DNA of 63,996 nt, filler included, from Basidiobolus ranarum (lineage: Eukaryota), in NCBI GenBank assembly GCA_040143965.1. It is 3 parts of 3 records of this genome, joined end to end, with 100 filler letters (N's around TTAATTAATTAA, not from the genome) between each part and the next. Parts side by side here need not be neighbours in the genome. Positions count along the whole stretch, not along the records: positions 21,486 to 42,850 come from JASJQH010000207.1; 2 more parts are not named here. One strand, given 5' to 3'. Under the pieces are notes generated by a model. It saw only the letters and a list, made by a program, of their open reading frames with translations, did no database searches and was not told the origin of the DNA. The translations under genes and the position numbers were made by a program. How positions within the stretch are numbered: the stretch's first letter is position 1; each line of letters opens with the position of its first letter. This document shows positions 24,912 to 39,760 of the stretch, piece by piece.

Positions 24912-25942
24912 TTTTTAAAGCTATTAACAAGTTCAAAGGAATCGGTATTTAATTAATGATGAATTAAAGGATAAAAATGAAACGAAAGTGATTTCTATAA
25001 GTGAAGTACTCACTTCGGGAAAATTCCTAGGAAAAACAAGTCTAGTGAAAGAGCACGGGTGGACAGACACTAGTATAATCAACAAAAAAGTCTATCTCTT
25101 TCTCTTGGGGATTAATCATGTTGATTTGATTAGATCCTTTTTGTTGTAGTATCCAACACCCCACTAACCCAACAATTCTCACCTGCCAGATGATTCAATT
25201 TGGGGCCCCACCTCATTTCCTATCCCTTAATCTCTCTTGTAGTCACATCATCAACTCAGTCAGTTCAATTTTTACACTTATTGGTGTATGTAGGCACTAG
25301 CGGACTGTAATACGTGCGGACAGTTGTAAAGAAACCAAATATTCATGAATACTGCAGTATATTACTTTATGCAAGTGAACACTACATGTACTGACTGGCC
25401 ATATCACTACCAAAGAGATTGGCTTGGACAACCATAGATGGATTCATGCATCAACTCAGAATTCACTTGGTTGTTCATTGTTTGCTGAACATAAACAGAT
25501 TTAAACGTGTTAATGGATATGATGAGTAAGTGAGGCCCCCAAAAATGAGGACCCTTTTATGCTTCTCGGCGTGAATGATTGGCTACAGAACTCATTGGTA
25601 TGGATCACATACATCCATGGTGAAGGTGATAAAAAATTCGGATCATCTCGCCGAAGGTCCTTCTTTTCCAAAATCCATTTGGCTGTGTAAGCAAGGTAAG
25701 CTGAGGTTCAATCACTATAGACCGGCGTCTCCATCCATCCATTCTTCCATCGTAGTAGATTGCATTCACCACATGGTCTTCTTTTACCTCAATATCAAAA
25801 AGACGTGTAAATCTTTATACTCCTGAGTGAACGGAGAATGCTACTTTCCCTTGCCTACTTCAAGATTTCTCCTGCCCCTACCACGTAACTTGAACCATTT
25901 TAAACTGATCCTTTGATTTGTTCATTTCGATTTAGTTCTACA

Positions 25943-26341
25943 ATGGTTTCCTCTGTCAACAAAATTACGATTGTTAAGAAGCGCACTAAGCATTTCAAGC
26001 GTCATCAATCTGACCGCTACAAGACTGTCAAGGAGTCATGGAGAAAGCCCAAGGGTATTGATAACCGTGTTCGTCGTAGATTCAAGGGCCAAATCCCTAT
26101 GCCCAAGATTGGTTATGGCTCTAACCAAAGAACTCGTCACCTCATGCCCAACGGATTTAAGAAATTTGTTGTCTCCAGCGCCAAGGAATTGGAAGTTTTG
26201 TTGATGCAAAACCGTACCTATGCTGCTGAAATTGCTCACAACGTTTCCTCTAAGAACCGTATTGCCATTGTTGAGCGCGCTCAACAATTGAACGTCAAGG
26301 TTACCAATGCCAACGCTCGTCTCCGTACTCAAGAGAATTAG
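25943..26341 (+). CDS. RPL32: 60S ribosomal protein eL32; 5'UTR intron at 25696-25935
   Basis: [18 protein letters not shown]-like start, [17 protein letters not shown], and [11 protein letters not shown]. Confidence 0.97.
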   Translation: MVSSVNKITIVKKRTKHFKRHQSDRYKTVKESWRKPKGIDNRVRRRFKGQIPMPKIGYGSNQRTRHLMPNGFKKFVVSSAKELEVLLMQNRTYAAEIAHNVSSKNRIAIVERAQQLNVKVTNANARLRTQEN

Positions 26342-26891
26342 AGAGTTTGTTTTGTTTGACAGTTGGACTGGTTTTGACTCTAGTTTACGTTGTTTGTTAT
26401 TGAATAAATTGCGTTTTATTGACTTGTCCTTACACTGGAATTCTGTATGCTACTATCATTCGTACAACTGAACTTCACTACGGTTGGGTCAGTCTTTGTT
26501 AGATACAATTTCTTGTGACACTGGTATTTAATTAATGTCAAACGTCGTCATTCTATTCCATAATAGTTTGTTATCGATTACTCAACTAACGGGGTAATGA
26601 AAAAATGCAGTTTCAATAGAAGCAATCAAGACTATAGAGATTAGGGATAATTCCATGGAAATTAATAAAAAAATCTCATCAGAGTTCGTTACAACTTCAA
26701 TTTTGGAAATTTGCATGTAAACTTACGAAATTGCGTATGAGCATCCAATTCAATCCCTGACGTAAGCCATACCTGTGATCTAACATAGATGGAATAAGTT
26801 GACTATACTCATTTTTTTGTCCAAGAAACGTAAACCCCCTTGCTACTACAACAACTACTACTTCCCCATCACTTAATAACAAACTATAGAA

Positions 26892-28525
<1,634 letters not shown>

Positions 28526-29620
28526 TTGATGTAGCATTCATGGAACTTACCTACAACATGTGTTTAACTTTCTTTCATATATTGTTCATTTACTTTACGA
28601 TGCAAACAATTTAATTTTATTTTAGCAATTCTACGCTTTGGTTGAGTTGCGTTCTCTTTGTTATGTAAAAATAGCAACTTCACCCGAAGGAAACAAAAAA
28701 TTGGAATAAACATCTGAACTATTTAAGTGTTCAGTAATGTTCTTCGTAAACGTATTAGAAACAACAGAAGATTTGTTAACACTTGCCTCCAATTGAGCAG
28801 CATCTCGTCAATACTGGTTTCAAATGGTCTTTTGCGCAATATCCCCCCACACTGCATACTTTACGTCTTAAGGTTTTACCATTAGTGGCCTGACATCACC
28901 AGTGTAAAGTATTACTTGAGCCATTCACTGGGGCGAATGTCAAACGTGGAAACCTCTACTATAGATGAAACAGGGTTGAGCAACTGATGAATCAATGCAA
29001 TATGGCATATACTATATATTTCCGTGATTGGATATGACTGTCATATGATATTGTGACAGTAATTGTATGAAGTGAACTGGACAGTTCCCTATAGTAATAC
29101 TAACCGTGACGTATACACCCTGGACTGCTTTTAAACTGCAAACGACTCAAAAAGGACATGATACTCTGAGGGTGTGGGAACAAGTATAGTACGATGGATT
29201 TGCAGAGGTTGAATGACGACTAATGATGATGTGGCTCGTAGTGATTCCACGAAGAATACATAATGGCTAGAGTAGCCTTTTGTGTGCTTGTCTTCACTAG
29301 TATGTTCTATAACTCACCTGCTACCAGCCGCCCACAGAAAATAATTCCGTTCTAACAGGTCATATTATACTCTCTTACTTCAGTCCCACATTGTACGTTG
29401 CAATCCTTAGAATGATACGTGGTGTGAGCCTCTGAGTAGCTGCTCACATGTCTAATAAAACAAATATCTGTCACCACGTGACCAATCGATACGTATTGCT
29501 ATTTACCTATAAATAAGTCAGTGGAGAACGGAGATAAATGTACATATCTGCTTCATTCAGTTATTAAAATGTCTAATCGATCATCGCTTTCCTGTCTTCT
29601 CAAGAAGCAACATGATATTG

Positions 29621-30962
29621 TTATGGTGAGTTGATATACACCTCTATATGCCATATATTACTTGACCATATTCCGGGTTGTCCTCCTTGTTGCTGTTGCA
29701 TCGCCATTTGAGCATTTTTTGCTTGAGCCATTTGCGCTGCTGTCATCCCTCCCATTCCGGGGACTCCTTGCATGTTACTGTGACATTCCAGATTTTGTTA
29801 GTTTTGATTCGGCCTATTCAGGTTCTCCCTGTCATATTCAACTCTACTCTACTCTACTTACCCTCCTGGCCTTTGCATTTGTGCAGCAATCTGGTGTTGG
29901 ATCTCTGGTCTTTTCATCACCGACAATATCGCTTGCTGTCAACCAATAAATCAAATATACATCTCGTCAGTCTTATGCTGTCCAACTATCCTTAAAGATA
30001 TCTCCCCCTTCTCTCTCCCCTCCTCGAAACTTACCTTTTCATTGTTGTTCAAAGTGCTGGGGTCTCGTCCCGCTAGTCCAAGTGTCTGCATGATCTGTTG
30101 TACAATCACTGGGTTCACTCCACCTCTCATCCCGGCTTGCATTTGGGGATTCTGACCTGGTATTGTTTGGCCAGGAACTTGATTATGCATACCATTATTC
30201 TCCCCTATTCCCATTGCATTTCCTGGTAGTTGCGCATTCGTTTGAGGAGGTGAAAATGCGTTTGCTGCTCCAGGACCATTTGCATTTGGATTGACCTGCG
30301 AAGGGTTGTTGATCACTGGTGAATTGGGCTTCGCCGTAAGATTCAGCCGCAGTGAGTTGATATTAGGATTACTAACACTGTTAGTTTGGTTTTGCGGCCC
30401 ACCCACTTGTGAAGTACTCGATTGTTGATTTTGTACACCGACAGGTAGATTTTGGCCAGGTTGTTGCGTGGGTTGTCCAGGAGCTTTCTGTGTTTGTAGC
30501 TGGTTAAATTGGCTGCTTTCAGGCTTCAAGTTTTGTCTCTTATTGATTTGAAAGAATTAATAATTTTACTCCATAATGCCTGAGAATCTAAGGCCAACTT
30601 TTTTCACGACGTGTATTTCATAAAAGAAAACTACCTACTTCGATAAATGTCTGCGCGTCTTTACTCCCTGTCTTGTTGGTTCTAGCAGAAAAAATATCCC
30701 AAAAAACCACCCACCACTCATATAAAAATCCATGCGGAGAGTCTATCGGTACAGTAGAATCCTGAGGGACCTGCGCTTCGTTCAAAATAGCCTGGGCTGC
30801 AGCAGTCCAGTTACGTTTGAGGCAGTAGTCGTATATGTAAATATTGAGACTAAACACGAAAGTATAAGCGCGTTAAATAATCATACAAACATTATTTTCT
30901 AGTAATAATTTACGTTACATTTTATCACCTTCCCACACGTTTTTGGTTGGTGGTTGAGACAT
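29621..30962 (-). CDS. LisH/LUFS-domain transcription cofactor (Flo8/Som1/SSDP-like), Q/N-rich; 3' end uncertain
   Basis: WEGDK|LNIYIYDYCLKR...PIDSPHGFLYEWWVVFWDIFSAR followed by Q/N/P/G-rich exons. Confidence 0.82.
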
Positions 30963-32190
30963 ACTTCGTATTATATATTATATATTGAAAGGTCGGAATG
31001 TTGCTAAAAATGTTCACTATTACGCTGTATTCTAACGATAGATCTAGCCTATTTACTACACTCCAGAGAAAAGTATAAGGTGTTGATGCGGAGGTGAGGA
31101 AAGGATTGACTCTAAGCACAGCTAAAACAGAGTTTCGGCGGAACTAGGCGCGACGTCTGTACAATACCTTATAGATAAGAATGTTGTAGCCACGGTTGGT
31201 AGTTGCAAAGAAATTGGGAAAATTAGTCTTGTATTTTAGTCACAAAAATGTATATGTATCCACAGAGAAATGGTACTCGTCAATCTGAGAGAGGGGTGAT
31301 ATAATATACTATCAACAACTATGGTTGTTCAAGTTGTCTAAACCTTTCTACCAGAATGGCAACAAGAAGTTTGTGATTAAATGTGCTAAAATAACAAATT
31401 TCAAGTAATTTAGCAGAAAGAACAATCGGATTGCATCAAATACTCGCTAGTTGTTTAGAATTTGATAGGGAGTCAAAGCAAAGCGGATTGGCTTTTAAAA
31501 AATGACAGCGTGTTTTTAGTCCTCTTGACAAACTACAAATCCCACGTGATATTGATTTTCTGGACTGGATTTACCATTCATCAGGGATGTTGGTATGGGC
31601 TAAAATTCACCACGTCATGAGGCTCTGCAAAGTGGGTAGTCAATTGCCTAAGTCAAGAATAAATTATGCTCTTTACGAGTACTTCTCATGGGAAATATGG
31701 TTCTCAGTCATCAGAGAAATTAGCAAGTAAGCCTTCAATAGAGATCAAGAAACTCACATGCAAGATGCTAACATTGAATCAACTCTTGACAATATCCAAG
31801 GTCTATCTCCTACAAGGCACGGTGCGCACAAATTTGGATTTTATGTGGATTGATCAATTGAATTATGCAGAGTACACTTATTTAATCGTCTAAAGTCTTA
31901 GTATATCAGATTTTTATAATCGAAGATGGATATATTGAATTTGACATCTAGGAATAACCAAGAAACGACGGCCCGTGCTATAGACCAGGCTCGAACAAAT
32001 ATGCCTAAGTCACGAATGCGCTTCTTTGGCTACAAAATACGATGCCATGGTCTTAGTTTTGTCACTTTTGGCCTTGTTTAACAAGATTTACAAAAACAAG
32101 TTGGGGTCTCTTTCGAAATAAAATTTGCGAGGTAAGGAATGAAATGTTGATAGGTCCATAGACTCTACAATTCTTGATGATATACACAAT

Positions 32191-35063
32191 TTAGTGTCGT
32201 CTTTTTGACGTAGAGCGACGGTGATTATCGTCATCATCTCTTGCATCATAAGTGCGTTTTCTGTTCGATTTACTATAGTCAGTTAAAATTATGCAGACAG
32301 GAACTCGTGCAAACTAATTACCTGTCTCGTGAACCACGGTCATCGTGTCTATCACGATCATTATCTCTGCTGTCCCTTCCACTGTCTCGACCACTCTCTT
32401 TGCTGCGATTATCTTCGCGCTTAGACCACCGTTCCTGAAAATTGTGTGATTTCAAGTTAATCTTTGTTTATAAACGTATGTAAAATATAATTTACCTTTG
32501 GATCCTTTTCACGGCTTGATTTATCACGATGACGATCGGTGCGATCCCGGTCTCTATTTCGCTCTCTATCATCTTTGAAATGCTTCTCGTGTCTCTCATC
32601 ATCGCCTTGATCAGTCATTCTATCGGAAGACTGAGAACTGCTGGTGATAGGATAATTAAGATCAGGTACAACATAAATACCAATGAGTAATTATAACACG
32701 AACCGTTTTCGGCCATCCGAACCAGAAGGGTCGAGGGGTTCGAATCCTCCGGGGCGACCAGGAGGTGGTGCATTACGCTCTTTCATCGGACCTGGGGGCC
32801 CAATATGGGGACCGCCAGGTCCTCTCATAACACCACCCATTTTGTTGTTCATGTTGTTGCCCATATTACCCATATTGCCCATGTTACCATTGTTGCCAAT
32901 ATCTCCATCTCGCACTAGAAAAATCAATATATATAGTTACACCACTGAGATCATTATAACATAAGAACGACATTAAAAGACTAACAATGATGCTCTTCAT
33001 TAGGATTCGATAATTTATCATCTTTAGGTGACATGTTTCCTCGTCCCCTTCCTCGTAGAGTTCCTCGAATCATGGGCTGATTACTACGGATTAAACCACG
33101 ACCTCGGCCACCGCGAAAGCCAGGATCGTAGACCAATGGTCCTGGGGGACCCATATCTGGTCCTCCCATGAAAAATGGAGGAGCCATTGCACCAGGCGGA
33201 ACCATATCCTTTAATATTACAAAAACAAAAAATATCAGACATGGTGATTATGGTAAGAGAGGGAGTATTGATATATTACCGGAGGGAACATCCCCATGGG
33301 CATCGGTGGAGGCACTGGAAAGTCACCAGGAAAGCGCTCTGGATTCATAAAATCTGGCCTCATACGACCAGGCATATCGCTTTAAAATGGTTAATACCAG
33401 CTATGAAAAGGAAGCAATGGAATTATGTACACACTTTTCACCCATATTTTCACGATCACTCGACACTACTTGAATAGCAGATGATTCTTCTTGATCGCCT
33501 GGTCTGCGCACTATTGTATCGAGTGACATTAGATTGATACTCTAAATTTAATCTAGAAATAAGGTATTTACTCATTCTCTGTCCTGGTGGAGGTTGGAAT
33601 CTAAATGGTCCAGGTCCATGGGGTGGCATATCAAACATGGGACCGCCGAAAGGTGGCATGTCTGGCGGCATGTCACCCATCATGTCAGGCTTTGACTCAT
33701 AAACCTTTGAACACAATATGAAATCAGACTTTGATTAGGTAATAATGGATATTAGAAGCTGCACTACATACGTTAATCCGTTTACGTAAAAATTGATCTT
33801 CTCTCATTTGTTTTTGCTTTGAGCAATAGAGCCTCCAAGTATATTCGTTGAAACCATAGTTGAAGTAATCAGTAAGATCGGCACCTTGAATTCAAGTGAT
33901 GAATACTTTATATCGACCCGATTTGCTTAGCTGTTAATTAATGTATACCTGGTTTTCTCCAAGGTTTATCTTCAAATGAATCAAGATCTACTTCGTATAT
34001 ACTTTGTCCCTCGATTTCACCGACCGCGTTAAGGTCAATTCCTCCTGGACGGTTCGCTGCCGTAGCCTGTTGCGTTCCATCTGAACCATCAACGTAAATA
34101 CATGGAATTAAAAATAGAAAATAATAGTACAAATAGATTACCTTGGTTGTTGCCTGAAGCGTTGGCATTTTTTTGATACTGATTTGGTTTGATATTGACT
34201 AGGGAGTTACGTCTTTGTAAAGTAATTCACGTAAGTACACTTTTATAGAACAAAGTATTTACTTAGAAAGAAGTAAAAATATCACGTACCTTCCTTCACC
34301 ATCTTGATTTTCATCGTCAGGCATTTCTGTCACAAATTCAATATCCTAATGTGGCGTTAGAGGTATTTTTTCATATGATGCCAAGCCAGTATAAATGTTA
34401 CTAACTGAATCACTGTCTTCATTATCATCCTCATCTGCGTCATCATCGTCATCTTCGTTGTCTTCTTTTTTAACTTCCTCTTGGTTGTCTTCTTCAGCAT
34501 CATCACCGTAGTCAACGGCATCATCTACGACGCTATTGTCTATGTCAATCTTGGGTTGTTGTTCGCTTTCTTGTAACGTATTTACACTTTATACACGTAA
34601 ATCAACGTTGATTATACGTCAGAATATAGGAGTATTAAAAAGATACGAAATATCAGAGTTAAAAGAGGGAAATAGTTGAGTATAAGGAATAATTTCCAAC
34701 CTTGATTCTTCGTCTTTGCCGCCATAAAGATCATAATAATCGTCTTCTATTTGTAAATATTTGAAAAAAAATGAATGAGTTTATTTACTTGCTTTGATAA
34801 GGGACTTCAAAGTACACAATAAGAAGAATAGATTGAAAAGAAATAAATATAAACCAAATAACACAAAAGAATACTACAAACCGTTGTTCTCATTTTGTGC
34901 AGAGCCTGTTCAAAATCAACAGTTAGAATAAGTGAAATAAGCAATATTGTTATGTATTCGTTCCAAAGTATAGAAGTTTTCTTATTGAAGGTCGCACTTT
35001 ACCAGGAATTGCACCGTTGGCAGAATCACCGTACAAGAAATCGTCGAGATCGTCTTCCTCCAT
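32191..35063 (-). CDS. FIP1: Pre-mRNA 3'-end processing factor Fip1, many exons
   Basis: Start [13 protein letters not shown], acidic region, Fip1 motif [38 protein letters not shown], Pro/Gly-rich middle and RD/RS-rich tail. Confidence 0.92.
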
Positions 35064-35755
35064 GTATTTTCCAGACGCGCTGTTCGACATAGGTATCAAA
35101 AAAGAATCTAAGGCCAAATGGCATTACTAAATCTATAAATGTTATGGTGAAAATGAAAATCATCTTCAATATGTGATTGATTGGATGGGCCATTCAATCT
35201 GAATTACCTGAATAACTCCGAAAAAAATGAACTACATGTCATGGGCTATTTAAAGCATTGATGAATGATTAATACGGTGAGAGCATCTGGATACCACTTT
35301 GGGTTAGCTCGTTTGTACTTTAAGCGGTGTTTCTGCTAAACACTTCGTTTTTGTTGTGATTTTATTGACTAGCCAACATGGCTTTTTATATAGTTACTAT
35401 TATATTTCCAGTATATATCCTTTGAAATGTGCTGAAGGGAGATTATTTATGAGATTATATGGCTTCACTTAAGGCCTTCAGATACAGGCTAAATTGGAGT
35501 TTAGTATGAAAAAGAGAAAGAAAACAAACCAATCTCTCAAACAATTTACAGATTTTGCGTGGGAATACATATGGGATGATAGAAGTATCCGAAAAAGAGA
35601 TTTCTGACTAGGTTGAACTTCTGTTCTATGAAGTATTAAATTCCAACATGAACATACAGATGGAGCTATTAACTTTAAAATGGGTGTGAAGAGAGAGCAC
35701 TAACATGAAAGCAGAAACAAAGCAAATTGAATGGAGAAGCAACACACACCGCTTC

Positions 35756-37702
35756 TCAAAAACCATTTGTCGGTGAGTTAATTAATGAGTTTGTCTGGAA
35801 TGATTCAAAGTTCATTAGCATATATAGAGATGAAGAGAGCTTCTAATCACTTACGAAAAGATTATTGGTCGCAGCAACCGCAATGGTGTTTTCTCTTGGA
35901 TGCCACGAGGTGTGGAGGATTTTCTTGTTGAAGTCCATCATATCTGGGTTGATCTCCTTCCTACCATTCTTACTAGAGCGGCCAAAGGACAACTTATTCT
36001 TGGTGGATCCGATTCGCTTGGCTTTGAAGGCGCTCTTATCTGCTTGCAAAGTGGTTTCGTTTTTGTTGTTCACGTCAAAGATGTGGAAGTAGTTGCTGTA
36101 AGAGCCGGTGAGAACGGAGCTGTTGTAGAAGTTAGAATTAAGGCAATATATAGCTTCTAACACATGATGTTGCATAGAAAGGCTTAAAAGGATACTTTCC
36201 ATCTCCGCTAATATTGCATTCGAATTTGTCGAAAATGCAATCGTTTTCATAAAGATCGCATAGTTTGCTGCGAAGATAGTCATGGACATTGATGGTCTCC
36301 ACGGGTTTGTTGTCCATATTGATATCCCATATCTTTAGGGTAAGGTAGTCACGAGACAATATATACCGACCGTCGGTACTAAACTTGACATCTGAAATAG
36401 AGGATATGATTTCAGAGAAAAACGATCTACTGCTTGGATCTTCCTCTTCCTCGAATACTAGGCAAAGCAATAATGAGTAAATAGCGTCGACTTTCACATG
36501 CTTACCAAACACTTACTCTTGGCATAACGATCACACAGAGCAGCCTCTCGCATATCGCATAGCTTTATGGAGCCCTTGCTGCTACTATACATGAACATAT
36601 TGCAATGAGAGGGGTGGAATTCGGAGGCAGTGATGACTTCGGTCAATTCCTCCATGTTGGCTGGCTTGATATCAACAATATCTTGGAACGAGAGTTAAGG
36701 TATTATTTTTTGTTAATAAACTGCGCTCTCAATGAAATGCGTTTGGTAAGAAAAAGGATACTGAAGCTTTGATCACTGATATCTAAATTCCATAGATTAA
36801 TTCTGAGATCATCTCCCGAAAGATAGGTTTCACCGTCCGAGTTGATGGAAATAGAATTGATGTGATATGCGTGTGCATTAGAGTAGATCTTTCGGGGAAC
36901 TGCAGCAACGATGGTGTCGTGGTGGGTAAGCTTGGGAAGTTTGAGCGAACTGGTGTTCAGAACGGGACGACTCAAGCCATCAGTTAAATTTCTCTCAGAA
37001 ACCACTTTAAGGGATTTCTCAAAGACTTTCCACAATTTGATTGTCTTATCTATATCATGCGAACCAAGTATTATTGCAGCGTTCAGGACTCTCTTTTATC
37101 AAGAAAATATGAAGCTAACTGTACCATTTGTAGACAACAAGAAATGAGCAGAGTTTTGGCGCTTACACCATCTGATTTTATTGATCCTTTCTTCGATTTC
37201 CAAACTTTTTAAGTAGTCAAACTCAGGCTCGTGTGATTGAAACTCGGTGTGGAACTTATATTCACATCCTTTTTTCTATATTAAGGTAGACACAAACGTT
37301 GAGATATGCATATGGCTGAATGAATAAATAAAAATGAGCTTACGCCATCATTTCTTTCGAATAGCACAACTCTTCCTCCCCTATCGCCAGTAGCAAGATA
37401 ATCACCAGTATGATCGAACTCCACGGTGGAAATAATGTCAACTACATAGAAGCAAACAACATGATTACTACAGAAAAATAACTTGTGCTAGAATCCCTAT
37501 TGATGACGAAAATAAGAAAAACTCTGGTGGAGTTATTACTTGGAATATAACCACACAGACAAGGTGAGGAATCTCTAAACTAGATTGCCAAAGGCTAGGG
37601 TTGAAATCAGGAGAACGCTAAGTTACCTTCAGAAATATCTTCAACTTCACCTTTGTCACCAAAGCACTGGGCAAATTTCCATCCACTGTCAACGTCGTTC
37701 AT
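35756..37702 (-). CDS. CDC55: PP2A B55 regulatory subunit (Cdc55/PPP2R2); last exon uncertain
   Basis: [87 protein letters not shown] and [10 protein letters not shown]. Confidence 0.95.
36120..36195 (-). other. U12-type GT-AG intron in CDC55
   Basis: 5' GTATCCTTTT and branch-like GCCTTAAT near the 3' AG. Splicing gives SGDG-N-SVLTGSY. Confidence 0.8.
36682..36761 (-). other. U12-type GT-AG intron in CDC55
   Basis: 5' GTATCCTTTTT and branch TACCTTAAC 12 nt from the 3' end. Splicing gives DQSF-N-IVDIKP. Confidence 0.88.
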
Positions 37703-38616
37703 ATTTGTTAAATGGCGTACAGTGACTCAACAAGAAGGTTAGATAAATGTAATAAGGATAGCTTTGAGTGAGCGTTCCTAGTCTTGATTGTTTTAGGAAT
37801 TAGTTGGAATCGTATTTGGTCTAGTGGGAGGTAAAAATTTACTGGGCATTAAAGGTAATTATCGATGCAAATCCAAATCTCCATCAATTTCAGATAACAA
37901 ATGATGATGATATATCCATTGTCGGGGTTGATTCGGGGTTGATCTGGCCTAGAGACCAAGTTTGCTAAACTGGGCAGAAGCCCCTTCTCAGGTTAATTAA
38001 AAAGTAAATTTGTATTCATAAGCTACATCATTCATATGACAGATCGATTGAAATATCTTGTTTATAAGCATACGTATTACTATCACTACAACCAAAGCGG
38101 AAATCAAATATATTATGCAAACCATACAGTAGTGCTGAAGGTGATTCAAATCTACGTAATTTAATAAGTCCAATAAGGTGTAGCCGCATATTGTGCTCTG
38201 TGGTGCTGTGTTACTATTTAGGACCATGATGCTAGGTGTTTTTGGAGGCCGGGTTGCGAAATTTGAAGTTCTTTTGGTATGCCAAATACAGTTATCTATG
38301 TTACTCTTTCGACATCGCTCGGATGTTCGATGCAAACGATAAGAACATCTCAAATGACGAAGTAATTGAATGGCCTTGGAATATCAGCTTATTTACGTTT
38401 TAATGAGTTGAAATGTTAAGAATGTTTCTAGTATAAATGAAAGGATGAAATCAGAGAATTCGCTTCGACAGAGATCCTTCAATTATGAAGGCTCAATCAG
38501 GCAAGAATCAAAGATACACGTGATAATGCTGACGGTAAACTTCCGTTAAATTGAAGAAAAGTAATAGCTCAATATATTGAAAGAATAATGAATACTGAAG
38601 AGTTAGCTTGGCGCAT

Positions 38617-39347
38617 TTAGTTTCCAACGCGATCTGTATTCTTTTTCCTGAGGCCCTTAAGTTTGAAAGCCTTGCCAGGTTGGTCTCTAAGGTAATATAA
38701 CTTGGCTCTTCTAAATCCTTCACCTTTCTTCAATACTTGAATGGATTTCACAAGTGGTGAGTAAATAGAAAATCTCTGCTCCACTCCAACCTTCAATATA
38801 ATGTTACGTAAGGTAACAGAGGTATCAATTCCCTTACGACGAATGGCAATCAAAACACCCATGAAAGAAGACACTGCATCTTTGGATTTGGCGTTGTATG
38901 TCTCTACTAAAAGTACAGATCCAGGACGGACACGATCTCTTCCGTTAGCACGAAACATACGAGCGCGTCCATCTAAATCAGCACGTTGAACACCTTCACG
39001 TTTAATGACTTCCATGATGTTATTACCCTTTAAGGAAGGAGCAACAAACTGTTTCTCAGGAACAATCACATGTTCAGGAGCCTCATACTTAGCGAGACCT
39101 ATTGAGTGCAAATAAAAAATTGTTAAAATACATGAAAAATGAATTTAAATTAACATTCAGTTTCTAGATAGAGACACACTAAATGGCTCATTATTTAGGA
39201 AACTCGCCATTGAAACCTATATCTATCACACAAGATATAAAGTAAAAATTACTCACCGAAAGTAGGCTTGCAGCTACTGAAACTACGAGCAGAGACTGAC
39301 TGGAATGACTTCTGTAATGAAGCTCTCAAGTTGTTGGCTAGAAACAT
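38617..39347 (-). CDS. MRPL19: Mitochondrial ribosomal protein bL19m (Img1), 2 exons
   Basis: Presequence exon MFLANNLRASLQKSF..., intron about 39099-39256, then RPGSVLLV...FMGVLIAIRRKGIDTSVTLRN...GVEQRFSIYSP...RRAKLYYLRD. Confidence 0.9.
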
Positions 39348-39760
39348 GTCTGACTATTGTGTAATAGAGCAACAAAGCAGACCTCCAACAAGACAATTAC
39401 TTTGCAATCGTAAAAGAGCAAAAATTTCCTTTGCTTTACACCCTGCCATTCAGATCAAAAATTAGAATTTCTTCTCGGAAATCTCTCATGATTAAAAAAT
39501 ATTGATATTTACCAAATGAATTTAGGCTACCTCTGATATTTTATGAGCCATTAATTGTCAGAATCAATTTTTTGATCTCATTCTGTGAGTATTAAGATAG
39601 CATGGGGTTTTCTCTCAGCATTACAAGATGGCTTACCAAGAACTCAATTCTAATCCAATCAGCATCTAGTAGTGAATTCTATGCAGATAAAAATTCGACG
39701 CCTAATGCAGGTCTCTCAAAAACTTGACGTCTTCGACCTGTGAAGTTATAACCAGCTAAA

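Noticed and set aside
29779-29861. Apparent in-frame TAA (NQN*QNL) in the LisH gene, suggesting TAA=Gln recoding
   Set aside because: The TAA is part of an ACTAAC branch point. Splicing to the downstream TCACAG keeps the frame, and many genes here end in TAA.
33204-33213. ATATCCTTT within the FIP1 locus
   Set aside because: It is on the non-coding strand and is the complement of an ordinary AAAG|GATATG acceptor.
30583-35117. Identical 15-mer AGAATCTAAGGCCAA at 30583 and 35103
   Set aside because: A 15-mer match is roughly expected by chance in 64 kb of AT-rich DNA, and the flanks do not extend.
37997-38353. ORF with a hydrophobic stretch upstream of CDC55
   Set aside because: No recognisable family or splice support; cannot be distinguished from chance.
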